A stretch of 26,643 nucleotides of DNA. It comes from an uncultured Solirubrobacteraceae bacterium. GTDB lineage: Bacteria > Actinomycetota > Thermoleophilia > Solirubrobacterales > Solirubrobacteraceae. Shown piece after piece: positions 16,527-24,800 of this stretch. The DNA lies in the NCBI GenBank assembly GCA_964588985.1, contig CAZPQW010000035.1, forward strand, positions 1 through 26,643, in the 5' to 3' direction. Both the position numbers and the translations under genes were made by a program. Under the pieces are notes generated by a model. That model had not been told where the DNA came from. It did no database searches and worked only from the letters and a program-made list of their open reading frames with translations. Position 1 is the first letter of the stretch. Every line of letters begins with the position of its first letter.

Positions 16527-18707
16527 TCAACCGCTCCCGCCGAGCACCGGCAGTTCCCAAACGCTCTGGTCCTCGTTGCCCAGGCGCCACAGGCCCACCC
16601 CTAGGCCGAGCGACCGTGCGAGCGTCGCGCGCGCGCCGATCGAGCGCTGGTTGGTGTACCAGACCTGGTGCGGCGTGCCGCTGCCGTCGGTGTAGGAGAA
16701 GTGCGGGCTCTGCGCCGCTTCTTCCCATTCCGGCGTCACGCCCAGTTCGCTCGCGAGCGACATGATTTCGGAGAACTCGAGCGGCGTGCCCGGGTTGCCC
16801 CGTCCCCCGCCGCCGGCCCAGTCGATCCCGTACATCGGCATGCCGAGCACGAACCTGCTCAGGTTCGGCATCGTGGCCGTGTATTCCGCCACGCGCTTGA
16901 ACCACGCCATTTCGTCGATCGAGCCGGGGCCGGAGGTGGTCCAGTGGATGCCCCAGTCGAGCACGAAGATGTAGTCCGAGACCGCCGACAGCGAGGCGTC
17001 GTCGTACATCGCCGCGCGACCGGTCATCACGTTGTAGTACTTCGCGGTCACGTCCGTCGTGAGCTTGTCTCCCCGCGCGTGCAGCCGCGCGGCGAGCGCG
17101 GTGATGAACGCGGTGAACGGGTTGCGCTCTGCCGGCGGGGCGCCCTCGAAGTCGATCTGCACGCCCTGGTAGCCGTTGGCTTCACACAGCGCCGCGAGCT
17201 GGCCGATCATCGTTTCCCTGGCTTTGGGTTCGTTCAGGATGCGTTCCTCGTCGACCACGTTCTGGCAGTTCACGCGCGGCAGCACTTCGATCTTGCGCGC
17301 CTCAGCCCATTTGGTCACGAGCGGATCGTCTTTGCCCAGCACTTCACCGGCAGCGCCGCATTCGAAGTACGTCGGGTAGACCACGCCGATCTGCTGGTAG
17401 TGAGCCTGCAGGTCCACGAAGCTCTGCCCTGTAGACGCGAGCAGGAACGCCTGCACGTTGCCGTGCGTCGGCGGCGGTTCGGCGGTGTCGATCGTCAACG
17501 GTGAGGTTGGTTCGCTGACCGCGCCCAGCGAGTCCACCGCGCTGACCGTCACCTTGTATTCGCTTGACGGCGCGAGGTTCGCGAGCGTGATTTCCAACGA
17601 CGAGGTCTGCCCGACGGGGATTTCGTCGCGGAACACGCGGTAGCCGACGATCGTGCCGCTCACCGCCGCGCTGGGAGACCAGCTGACGGCGGCCGACTGG
17701 CTTGTGACGCTCGTCGCCGTCAGTTCCGCAGGTGGCGGCGGCGGCGTGTGCGTTGTCACGACCTTCAGTTCGGGAGCCGGTTCGCTCAGCGATCCCTGCG
17801 AGTCGAGCGTGCGCACGGTGAACGTGTATTCGTGAGCCGACGCGAGCGCGACCGTCGCGATCTGGCCGTGCACCGTGCCCACCGGCTGTCCGTCCCTGTA
17901 GAGCACGTATCCGACCACGGTCGCGCCGCCGTTCGCGCTGCCTTCCTGCCAGGAGAGCGTCGCGGAGGTGTCGTCGACCTTTACGGCGAACAGCAGGCCC
18001 GGAGCGCTCGGCGGCGTGTGCACGCTCGCCGCTTTGCTCGTCGGAGGCTTCGCGGGCGGTGCAGGCTGGTAGCGCGCGCCGATCACGAGCGTGGCGCTCG
18101 CCGCGCCGAGATGCCCGCGACTGTCGACCGCGACGACGTTCACCGTGTGAGCACGCCCACCACTGAGACGCAGCGCCGAGCTCAACGCGCGGGTCTGCCC
18201 GACGACGGCGCCGTCGCGCTGCACCCGGTAGCCAACGACCGGAGTGTCGCCGCGTCGCGCCCGCCGCCAGCCGATCGTGAGGCCGCTCGCGGTGTGCGCG
18301 AGGATGCGCAGGCCCACGACGCGACCGGGCGTGCGGAAGGCGACCCGCGTGCGCAGCTTCGCCGAGCACGCGAGCGATATGCCGGGACGGCGGGCGAGGA
18401 CGGTGAAGCTGGTCAAACGTCCCGGTGTCACCTTCAAGACGATCGATGTCGCGGTCGTCTGCCCGACCGTGCGGCCGGTGCGCAGCACGCGGTACACCGC
18501 TCCCGCGGCCGACGCCGCCGGCGCGCTCCAGACGAGCCGCGCGCGTGACCCGGACAGCCGCCGCAGGCGCACCGCGCGCGGCGCGCGTCCCGCGCACGCC
18601 GCCGCGTGAGCGCCGTGCGTGCTCGCGCTCGCCGGCACGCCCGACCCGGCGAGCGCCCCCACCGCCAAGAGCATCCCCGCGAGAGCCTTTCCGAGACGCG
18701 GCGTCAT
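16527..18707 (-). CDS. Secreted protein with about four fibronectin type III domains and a C-terminal GH18 domain
   Basis: Signal MTPRLGKALAGMLLAVGALAG; four repeats of Y(R/V)V.R.G..VG.T with W...Y...V.A.D..G..S; YQGVQIDFE, FVLGMPMYGIDW, GLWRLGNED. ATG 18707 overlaps the upstream stop (ATGA). Confidence 0.9.
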   Translation of the reverse strand: MTPRLGKALAGMLLAVGALAGSGVPASASTHGAHAAACAGRAPRAVRLRRLSGSRARLVWSAPAASAAGAVYRVLRTGRTVGQTTATSIVLKVTPGRLTSFTVLARRPGISLACSAKLRTRVAFRTPGRVVGLRILAHTASGLTIGWRRARRGDTPVVGYRVQRDGAVVGQTRALSSALRLSGGRAHTVNVVAVDSRGHLGAASATLVIGARYQPAPPAKPPTSKAASVHTPPSAPGLLFAVKVDDTSATLSWQEGSANGGATVVGYVLYRDGQPVGTVHGQIATVALASAHEYTFTVRTLDSQGSLSEPAPELKVVTTHTPPPPPAELTATSVTSQSAAVSWSPSAAVSGTIVGYRVFRDEIPVGQTSSLEITLANLAPSSEYKVTVSAVDSLGAVSEPTSPLTIDTAEPPPTHGNVQAFLLASTGQSFVDLQAHYQQIGVVYPTYFECGAAGEVLGKDDPLVTKWAEARKIEVLPRVNCQNVVDEERILNEPKARETMIGQLAALCEANGYQGVQIDFEGAPPAERNPFTAFITALAARLHARGDKLTTDVTAKYYNVMTGRAAMYDDASLSAVSDYIFVLDWGIHWTTSGPGSIDEMAWFKRVAEYTATMPNLSRFVLGMPMYGIDWAGGGGRGNPGTPLEFSEIMSLASELGVTPEWEEAAQSPHFSYTDGSGTPHQVWYTNQRSIGARATLARSLGLGVGLWRLGNEDQSVWELPVLGGSG

Positions 18708-18883
18708 CGCGCCTGCGCCTTGTGCGAGTGCGAGCTCGCCTGCATCCGCTGCACGTCCGCCCACGCCTGGCGCACCAGCGTTCGCGGAGCGCGCACCAGC
18801 GCCGGGCCGGCGAGCAGCACCGGCGCGATCGATGCCGGCAGCAGCGCCATCGCGAGGGCGCGCGCGAGCTTCCGGCGGATCAC
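18704..18883 (-). CDS. Small 59-aa membrane-anchored or secreted peptide, translationally coupled on both sides
   Basis: GTG 18883 overlaps the GT2 stop (GTGA) with GGGGGAG 5 nt upstream; its TGA overlaps the FN3-GH18 ATG. Sequence MIRRKLARALAMALLPASIAPVLLAGPALVRAPRTLVRQAWADVQRMQASSHSHKAQAR. Confidence 0.72.
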   Translation of the reverse strand: MIRRKLARALAMALLPASIAPVLLAGPALVRAPRTLVRQAWADVQRMQASSHSHKAQAR

Positions 18884-20178
18884 GCCGCTCCCCCGCCGCC
18901 GGTCATCCCCGCGGTCGCCGGTCGCGTGCCCCACGCGGCCGTGCGACAGGTGGCGATCGCGTAGTAGGTCTGCCACAGCATGATCGCCAGGTAGAAGAAC
19001 ACGAACAAAATCCCGTACACCCACACGAGGCTGTACTCGTCCTGGAAGATCACGTAGTAGAGCGAGTAGACCATCGCGAGCGCGTAGATCCCCGCGAGGT
19101 AGATCAGCGGCAGCGTGCCGCCGTGGATCAGCGGCCCCCACACGAGCGCGTGCACCGCCGCGGCGGGTGCGAGCAGCGGCAGCACGATGGACAGGTAGGT
19201 GAAGAACGCGGCCACCGGGTGCTTGCGCCAGATGAACCTCGCCACGAGCAGCGACTCGCGCGTCCACGAGCGCTTCCAGCGCGTCTGCTGGGTGACGAAC
19301 GCGCGGAACGTGGTGGGCACGATCGTGTGCGAGATCGCCTTCTTCTCGTACACGATCCGCCAGTCGCGCAGAACGCAGTTGGTCAGCGAGCGGTCGTCGC
19401 CGAAGGTGGACTCAACGCCGAGGAAGCGCTGGCTCTCCCACCACTCCATGCGCGGCAGGATCGCCTCACGGCGGTACGCGGAGAAGCAGCCCGAGCAGCA
19501 GGTGACCGCGTTGAACACCGACTCCGCCGCCTTGACCACGCGGAACGCCACGAAGTAGCGCACCGCCTGCATCCGCGTGAGCCACGTCTCGCGCACGTTG
19601 AGCACGTTCGCGTGCCCGCACACCGCCCCCACGCGCGGGTCCGCGAGCGGCTGCACGAGCCGGCGCAGCGCGTCCGGCTCGACCACCGAGTCGGAGTCGA
19701 CGAACACGATCACCTCGGCCTCGCTCGCGCGGATGCCGGCGGCCATCGCCGCACGCTTGCCACGGTTCTCGGGGAAGTCGATCACCCGTACCCGCCCCTG
19801 CGACTCCTCCGCCACGCGCTGCATCTCGGCGAGCGTGCCGTCGGTGGAGCCGTCGTTGACGGCGATCAGCTCGAGCTTCTCACGTGGGTACTCGAGCGCG
19901 AGCAGCGAGCGCAGCGAGGCCGCGATCGCGTCCTGCTCGTTGAAGCCCGGCATCACGATCGCGATCGGCGGCTCGATGCCCGCGTCGGGCTTGGAGCGGT
20001 AGAAGAGGCTGAACACGAAGCGGCTGAGGATGTACGTGGTGACGCAAACGCTGTACACGCCGAAGTACACGTTCGAGAACATCAGGTCGATGAACACGGC
20101 CTTGTAGGCCATCACCGACACGATCAGCCCGACCAGGTAGACGGCCGCGAGCGCCTTCAGGGCGCGGTGGACGCTCAT
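18880..20178 (-). CDS. Processive membrane GT2 glycosyltransferase, hyaluronan synthase/NodC-like (432 aa)
   Basis: Two N-terminal TMs; VNDGSTD, NRGKR.AM, FVDSDS, CCSGCFSAYRR, FGDDRSLTN, QQTRWKRSW.RE; three C-terminal hydrophobic segments ending WGTR. ATG 20178 lies 2 nt after the dehydrogenase stop. Confidence 0.9.
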   Translation of the reverse strand: MSVHRALKALAAVYLVGLIVSVMAYKAVFIDLMFSNVYFGVYSVCVTTYILSRFVFSLFYRSKPDAGIEPPIAIVMPGFNEQDAIAASLRSLLALEYPREKLELIAVNDGSTDGTLAEMQRVAEESQGRVRVIDFPENRGKRAAMAAGIRASEAEVIVFVDSDSVVEPDALRRLVQPLADPRVGAVCGHANVLNVRETWLTRMQAVRYFVAFRVVKAAESVFNAVTCCSGCFSAYRREAILPRMEWWESQRFLGVESTFGDDRSLTNCVLRDWRIVYEKKAISHTIVPTTFRAFVTQQTRWKRSWTRESLLVARFIWRKHPVAAFFTYLSIVLPLLAPAAAVHALVWGPLIHGGTLPLIYLAGIYALAMVYSLYYVIFQDEYSLVWVYGILFVFFYLAIMLWQTYYAIATCRTAAWGTRPATAGMTGGGGAA

Positions 20179-20180
20179 CC

Positions 20181-21566
20181 TCAGGGGACGAAGCGCTGGC
20201 CACCGGCGGGGGTGCGGTAGGTGCAGTCGAGCACCCTCGGGCAGCGCCTGAGCCAGCCATAGTCGTGGTCCGGGTGGACCGTGACGATGATCGCGAGGTC
20301 GTAGTCTTCGGGCCCGAATCCGCTCTTGTCGCGCCGCGGATCCGGATCCACCCCGTGCATCGTCTCGCCGTCGATCCGCAGCGAGGACACGTACGGGTCG
20401 TGGAAGTCGACATGGGCGTCTTCGGCCATCAGGCGCTCGATGATCTCCACCGCGGGCGCTTCGCGGCTGTCCGCCACGCCCGGCTTGTAGGAGACGCCGA
20501 CGACGAGCACGCGTGCGTCGCGCAGCCTGCCGCCGCCGTGGGCGAGCAGTTCGTGCGCACGCCAGACCACGTGGCGGGGACGACCTGCGACTTTGCGCAT
20601 CGCCTCCTCGGCGACCGTCGCCGGGCGACCGTTCTCGCGCAGCGGGTGCAGCAGGTAGTGGGGGTCGACGCCGATGCAGTGGCCGCCGACGCCCGCGGAT
20701 GGGTAGTGGGCCATGAACCCGAACGGCTTGGTGGCCGCCCCGTCGGTCACCTCGATCGGGTCGAGGCCGTGGGCCTTGCACGCTTCGGCCATCTCGAACG
20801 CGAGTGCGATGTTGACCGCGCGGAAGGTGTTCTCGTACAGCTTGGCCATCTCCGCCGCCTCGGGTGAGGAAACGCGGTGGAGGTTCTTGCACGTGTGGCG
20901 CAGCAGCTCCGCCGCACGCTTGAAGCAGGTCTCGGTGACGGCGCCGATCACGCGCGGCGTGCGCAGCTGCTCGTGCTCTGGCACGCCGGGGTCGATGCGC
21001 TCGGGGGCGAACGCCACGAACACGTCCTCGCCGACGCGAAGGCCGCGCTCGGCGAGCGGCTCCACGAGCAGCTCACGGGTGGTGCCGACGTACGTAGTCG
21101 AGGTCAGCACGAACGTCTGCCCCGAGCGCGCGTGCTCCACCACCGATGCGCACGCCGCCCTGAGCGCCCGCGGGTCGGGACGACGCTGAGCGTCGATCGG
21201 GGTGGGCACGCAGATCAGCACGAGGTCGGCCGCGGTGAGCGCGTCAATCCTGTCGGTCAACACGAAGCCGCCGTCCTGAAGGTGGGCCTGCAGCTGCTCC
21301 TGTTCTGGACCCAGCAGCTCCGCTCTGCCCGCGCGGATCTCCTCGAGACGATGCTGCGCGATGTCGATCCCGACAATCCTCACGCCCGCGCCGCGCAGCG
21401 CGATCGCGGTCGGCAGGCCGACGTAGCCGAGGCCGACGACCGCCACGACCGCCACGACCGCCTGCTCGACGCGAGCGTCATGCCCCACCTCGGTGACCAC
21501 GAAGTCGATCGCCGGCTCTTCGATCTGCTCAGTTGAAAACGTCTGGACTGCAAGCTCCGGCGTCAT
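20181..21566 (-). CDS. Nucleotide-sugar 6-dehydrogenase, UDP-N-acetylhexosamine (WbpA/WecC/TviB)-type (461 aa)
   Basis: VVGLGYVGLP, ICVPTP, STTYVGTT, APERIDPG, AEMAKLYENTFRAVNIA, GVGGHCI.VDP, YKPGVADSREAP. GAAGGGGG RBS upstream of ATG 21566. Confidence 0.9.
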   Translation of the reverse strand: MTPELAVQTFSTEQIEEPAIDFVVTEVGHDARVEQAVVAVVAVVGLGYVGLPTAIALRGAGVRIVGIDIAQHRLEEIRAGRAELLGPEQEQLQAHLQDGGFVLTDRIDALTAADLVLICVPTPIDAQRRPDPRALRAACASVVEHARSGQTFVLTSTTYVGTTRELLVEPLAERGLRVGEDVFVAFAPERIDPGVPEHEQLRTPRVIGAVTETCFKRAAELLRHTCKNLHRVSSPEAAEMAKLYENTFRAVNIALAFEMAEACKAHGLDPIEVTDGAATKPFGFMAHYPSAGVGGHCIGVDPHYLLHPLRENGRPATVAEEAMRKVAGRPRHVVWRAHELLAHGGGRLRDARVLVVGVSYKPGVADSREAPAVEIIERLMAEDAHVDFHDPYVSSLRIDGETMHGVDPDPRRDKSGFGPEDYDLAIIVTVHPDHDYGWLRRCPRVLDCTYRTPAGGQRFVP

Positions 21567-21811
21567 CTGTGCCCCCTTCGATAGTGGTGCCTCGGTGGTG
21601 CTCGAGCCGCAGTGTGCACGCTTGCGACCTCGCTGCAAACGCCTCTGGACAGGTGACCTAAAAGCGGCTCCAATGGGGACACGCGCGTGTCGTCCCAAGC
21701 GGGCAGCGGGGCTGTCCCGGGCGGGCAGAAGGCGTGGGTCCGGGCACCGGGCGCCTCGCTCGGGCACCGCTTCGCCCGCTCGGCGGCCGCTCGTTGTTAC
21801 GCTCATTGGCC
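21567..21811. promoter_or_regulatory. Divergent control region between the EPS operon and metH
   Basis: 14-bp palindrome GACACGCGCGTGTC (21678-21691); GAGCCGC/GCGGCTC inverted pair (21604-21610, 21664-21670); TG-T-TACGCT (21795-21803) 8 nt before the metH ATG. Confidence 0.5.
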
Positions 21812-24800
21812 ATGCGCGATTACCTCAGAGAGATCCACAGCCACGTCGTCGTCTACGACGGCGGGATGGGCGCCACGCTGGAGCAGTTCGAGCTCTCAAG
21901 CGAGGACTACGGCGGCCTGGCCGGCAAATGCCACGAGGCGCTCGTGCTCAACCGTCCGGACGTGATCGAGGGCGTGCACAGCTCGATGCTCGAAGCGGGC
22001 GCGGAAGTGGTCGAGACCGACACCTTCCAGGGCTCGCGGATCAAGCTCGAGGAGTGGGGCCTCGGCGAGTACACCCAGGAGATCAACACCCGGGCCGCGG
22101 AAATCGCGCGCAAGGCCGCCGGCGAGAACCGCTTCGTGGCCGGCTCGATCGGGCCGACCGGCTACCTGCCGGCGTCCGAAGAGCCGTCGCTCGGCCAGAT
22201 CCGCTTCGGCGAGCTGGTGACTGTGTTCGCAGAGCAGGCCTCGGGCCTGATCGACGGCGGAGCGGACCTGCTGATCATCGAGACCGCGCAGGACATCCTC
22301 GAGGTCAAGGCAGCGATCTTCGGCGCCCGCGAGGCGTTCAAGAGCGCCGGGCGCGTGCTGCCGATCCACACCTCGGTCTCGCTGCTGCCCAACGGCGGCA
22401 AGATGCTGCTCGGCACGGACATCTCCGCGGTGCTCACGACCCTGGAGGCGCTGAAGGTCGACGTGATCGGGCTGAACTGCTCGACCGGACCGCAGGACAT
22501 GCGCGACGCGATCCGCTTCCTCGGCGAGCATTGCCCCGTGCCGGTCGCGTGCATCCCCAACGCGGGGCTGCCGCTGCAGGGCCCGGACGGCGAGACGATC
22601 TTCCCCGAAAAGCCCGAGCCGCTCGCGGAGGCTCTCGCTGAGTTCGTGGAGCGCTACGGCGTCGGCATCGTGGGCGGCTGCTGCGGGACGACGCCCGAGC
22701 ACATCGCCGCGATCGCCGCGCGCGTCGCGAAACGGCCGGTCGCCCCACGCCCCGCCCCCCGTGTCCCGCACCTCTCCTCGATGATCGCCGCGACCCCGCT
22801 CGTGCAGGAGCCGCGCCCGACGATGGTCGGCGAGCGCGTCAACTCGCAGGGCTCGCGCAAGGCCAAGGAGCTGCTGCTCGCCGACGACTACGACGGGCTC
22901 GTGCAGATCGCCGAGGACCAGGTGACCGGCGGCGCGCACGTGCTCGACCTGTGCGTCGCGCTCACCGAGCGCGTCGACGAGGACGAACAGATGCGCCTGC
23001 TGGCGAAGAAGGTCTCGCTCACCCAGCCCGCGCCGATCCAGATCGACTCGACCGAGCCGGAGGTGATCGAACGCGCGCTCGAGCAGATCCCCGGCCGCGC
23101 GATCGTCAACTCCGTCAACCTCGAGGCGGGGCGCGACAAGCTCGACCGCGTAGTCCCGGTCGCCCTCGCGCACGGCGCGGCGTTGATCGCGCTGACGATC
23201 GACGAGGTCGGGATGGCCAAGACCGCGCAGCGCAAGGTCGAGATCGCCGAACGGATCCGCGACCTGTGCTGTGAGGAGCACGGCCTCGACCCGGAGCTCC
23301 TGATCTTCGACTGCCTCACGTTCACGCTCACCACGGGCGATGAGGAGTGGCGCCCCTCGGCGGTCGAGACGATCGAGGGCATCAAGCGGATCAAGGCGGA
23401 GATCCCGCACGTGAAGACCTCGCTGGGGGTCTCGAACGTGTCCTTCGGCGTCTCACCCGGCGCCCGCGCGGTGCTCAACTCGGTGTTCCTGCACCACTGC
23501 GTGCAGGCGGGGCTCGACCTGGCGATGGTCAACCCGAACCACATCACCCCCTACGGCGAGATCTCCGATCTCGAGTGCGACCTGGCGGACGATCTCGTGT
23601 TCAACCGCCGCGAGGACGCGCTGGAGCGCTTCATCGGCCACTTCGAGTCCAAGGGCGAGGAGGACGTCAGCGAGAGCGCGGCCAACCCAACCGAGGGGAT
23701 GGAGCCCGAGGAGGCGCTGCACTTCCACATCCTGCGCCGGCGCAAGGACGGCGTGGAGGCGTGGATCGACCTCAGCGTGGAGAAGATCGGCGCGGTACCG
23801 ACGCTCAACGACGTGCTGTTGCCGGCGATGAAAGAGGTCGGCGACAAGTTCGGCGCCGGCGAGCTGATCCTGCCGTTCGTCCTGCAGTCGGCCGAGGTGA
23901 TGAAGAAGGCCGTCGCGCAGCTGGAGAAATACCTCGACAAGATCGAGGGCTATACGAAGGGCACCGTCGTGCTCGCGACGGTGTTCGGCGACGTGCACGA
24001 CATCGGCAAGTCGCTCGTCAATACGATCCTCACGAACAACGGCTACACCGTCGTGGACCTCGGCAAGCAGGTGCCGATCCAGACGATCCTCGACGCGGCG
24101 CAGGAGCACGACGCGACCGCGATCGGCCTCTCGGCGCTGCTCGTGTCGACGTCCAAGCAGATGCCCGCGGCGATCCAGGAGCTGCACGCCAAGGGCCTCG
24201 AGTACCCGGTGCTGATCGGCGGCGCGGCGATCAACCGCGCGTTCAGCTACCGCGCGCTGTTCCCCGGCGGCAAAGACTCCGAGGAGATGTACGAGCCGGG
24301 CGTGTTCTACTGCAAGGACGCCTTCGAGGGTCTCGCGGTGATGGACCAGTTGATCGACGCGGATGCCAAGCAGTTGCTCGTGGACAAGCTCCAGGCGGGC
24401 GCGCGGACGTTCCGCGAGAAGGGCGACGAGCCGGTCGAGGAGCTCGACCTGAGCGACGACTCGGTGCGCTCTGCCGCACGCACCGACGCGCCGGTCCCCA
24501 CGCCGCCGTTCTGGGGCGTGCGCGAGATCCCCGTCGATCTCGACGAGGTCTACCGACACCTCGACACGCACGTGCTGTTCAAGCTGCACTGGGGCGGGCG
24601 CGGCGTCAAAGGCGACGCCTGGCGCAAGCTGCTGCAGGAGGACTTCCGCCCGCGCCTGGAGCGCATGTGGCGCGAGCAGGACTACCTGCACCCGCGCGCG
24701 CTGCTTGGCTTCTTCCCCTGCTACGCGCTCGGCAACGAGATCGTGGTGCTCGATCCCGAGGATCGCGCAACGGAGCTGACTCGCTTCGTGTGCCCGCGCC

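Noticed and set aside
18619-20892. ORF 18619-20220 (+) and the 238-aa N-terminal extension of the GT2 ORF to 20892
   Set aside because: The first is antisense to the GT2. The extension overlaps the dehydrogenase gene out of frame, and ATG 20178 fits translational coupling.
21567-21811. SAM or cobalamin riboswitch upstream of metH, or c-di-GMP-I riboswitch upstream of the EPS operon
   Set aside because: No consensus elements were recognised, and metH appears near-leaderless.
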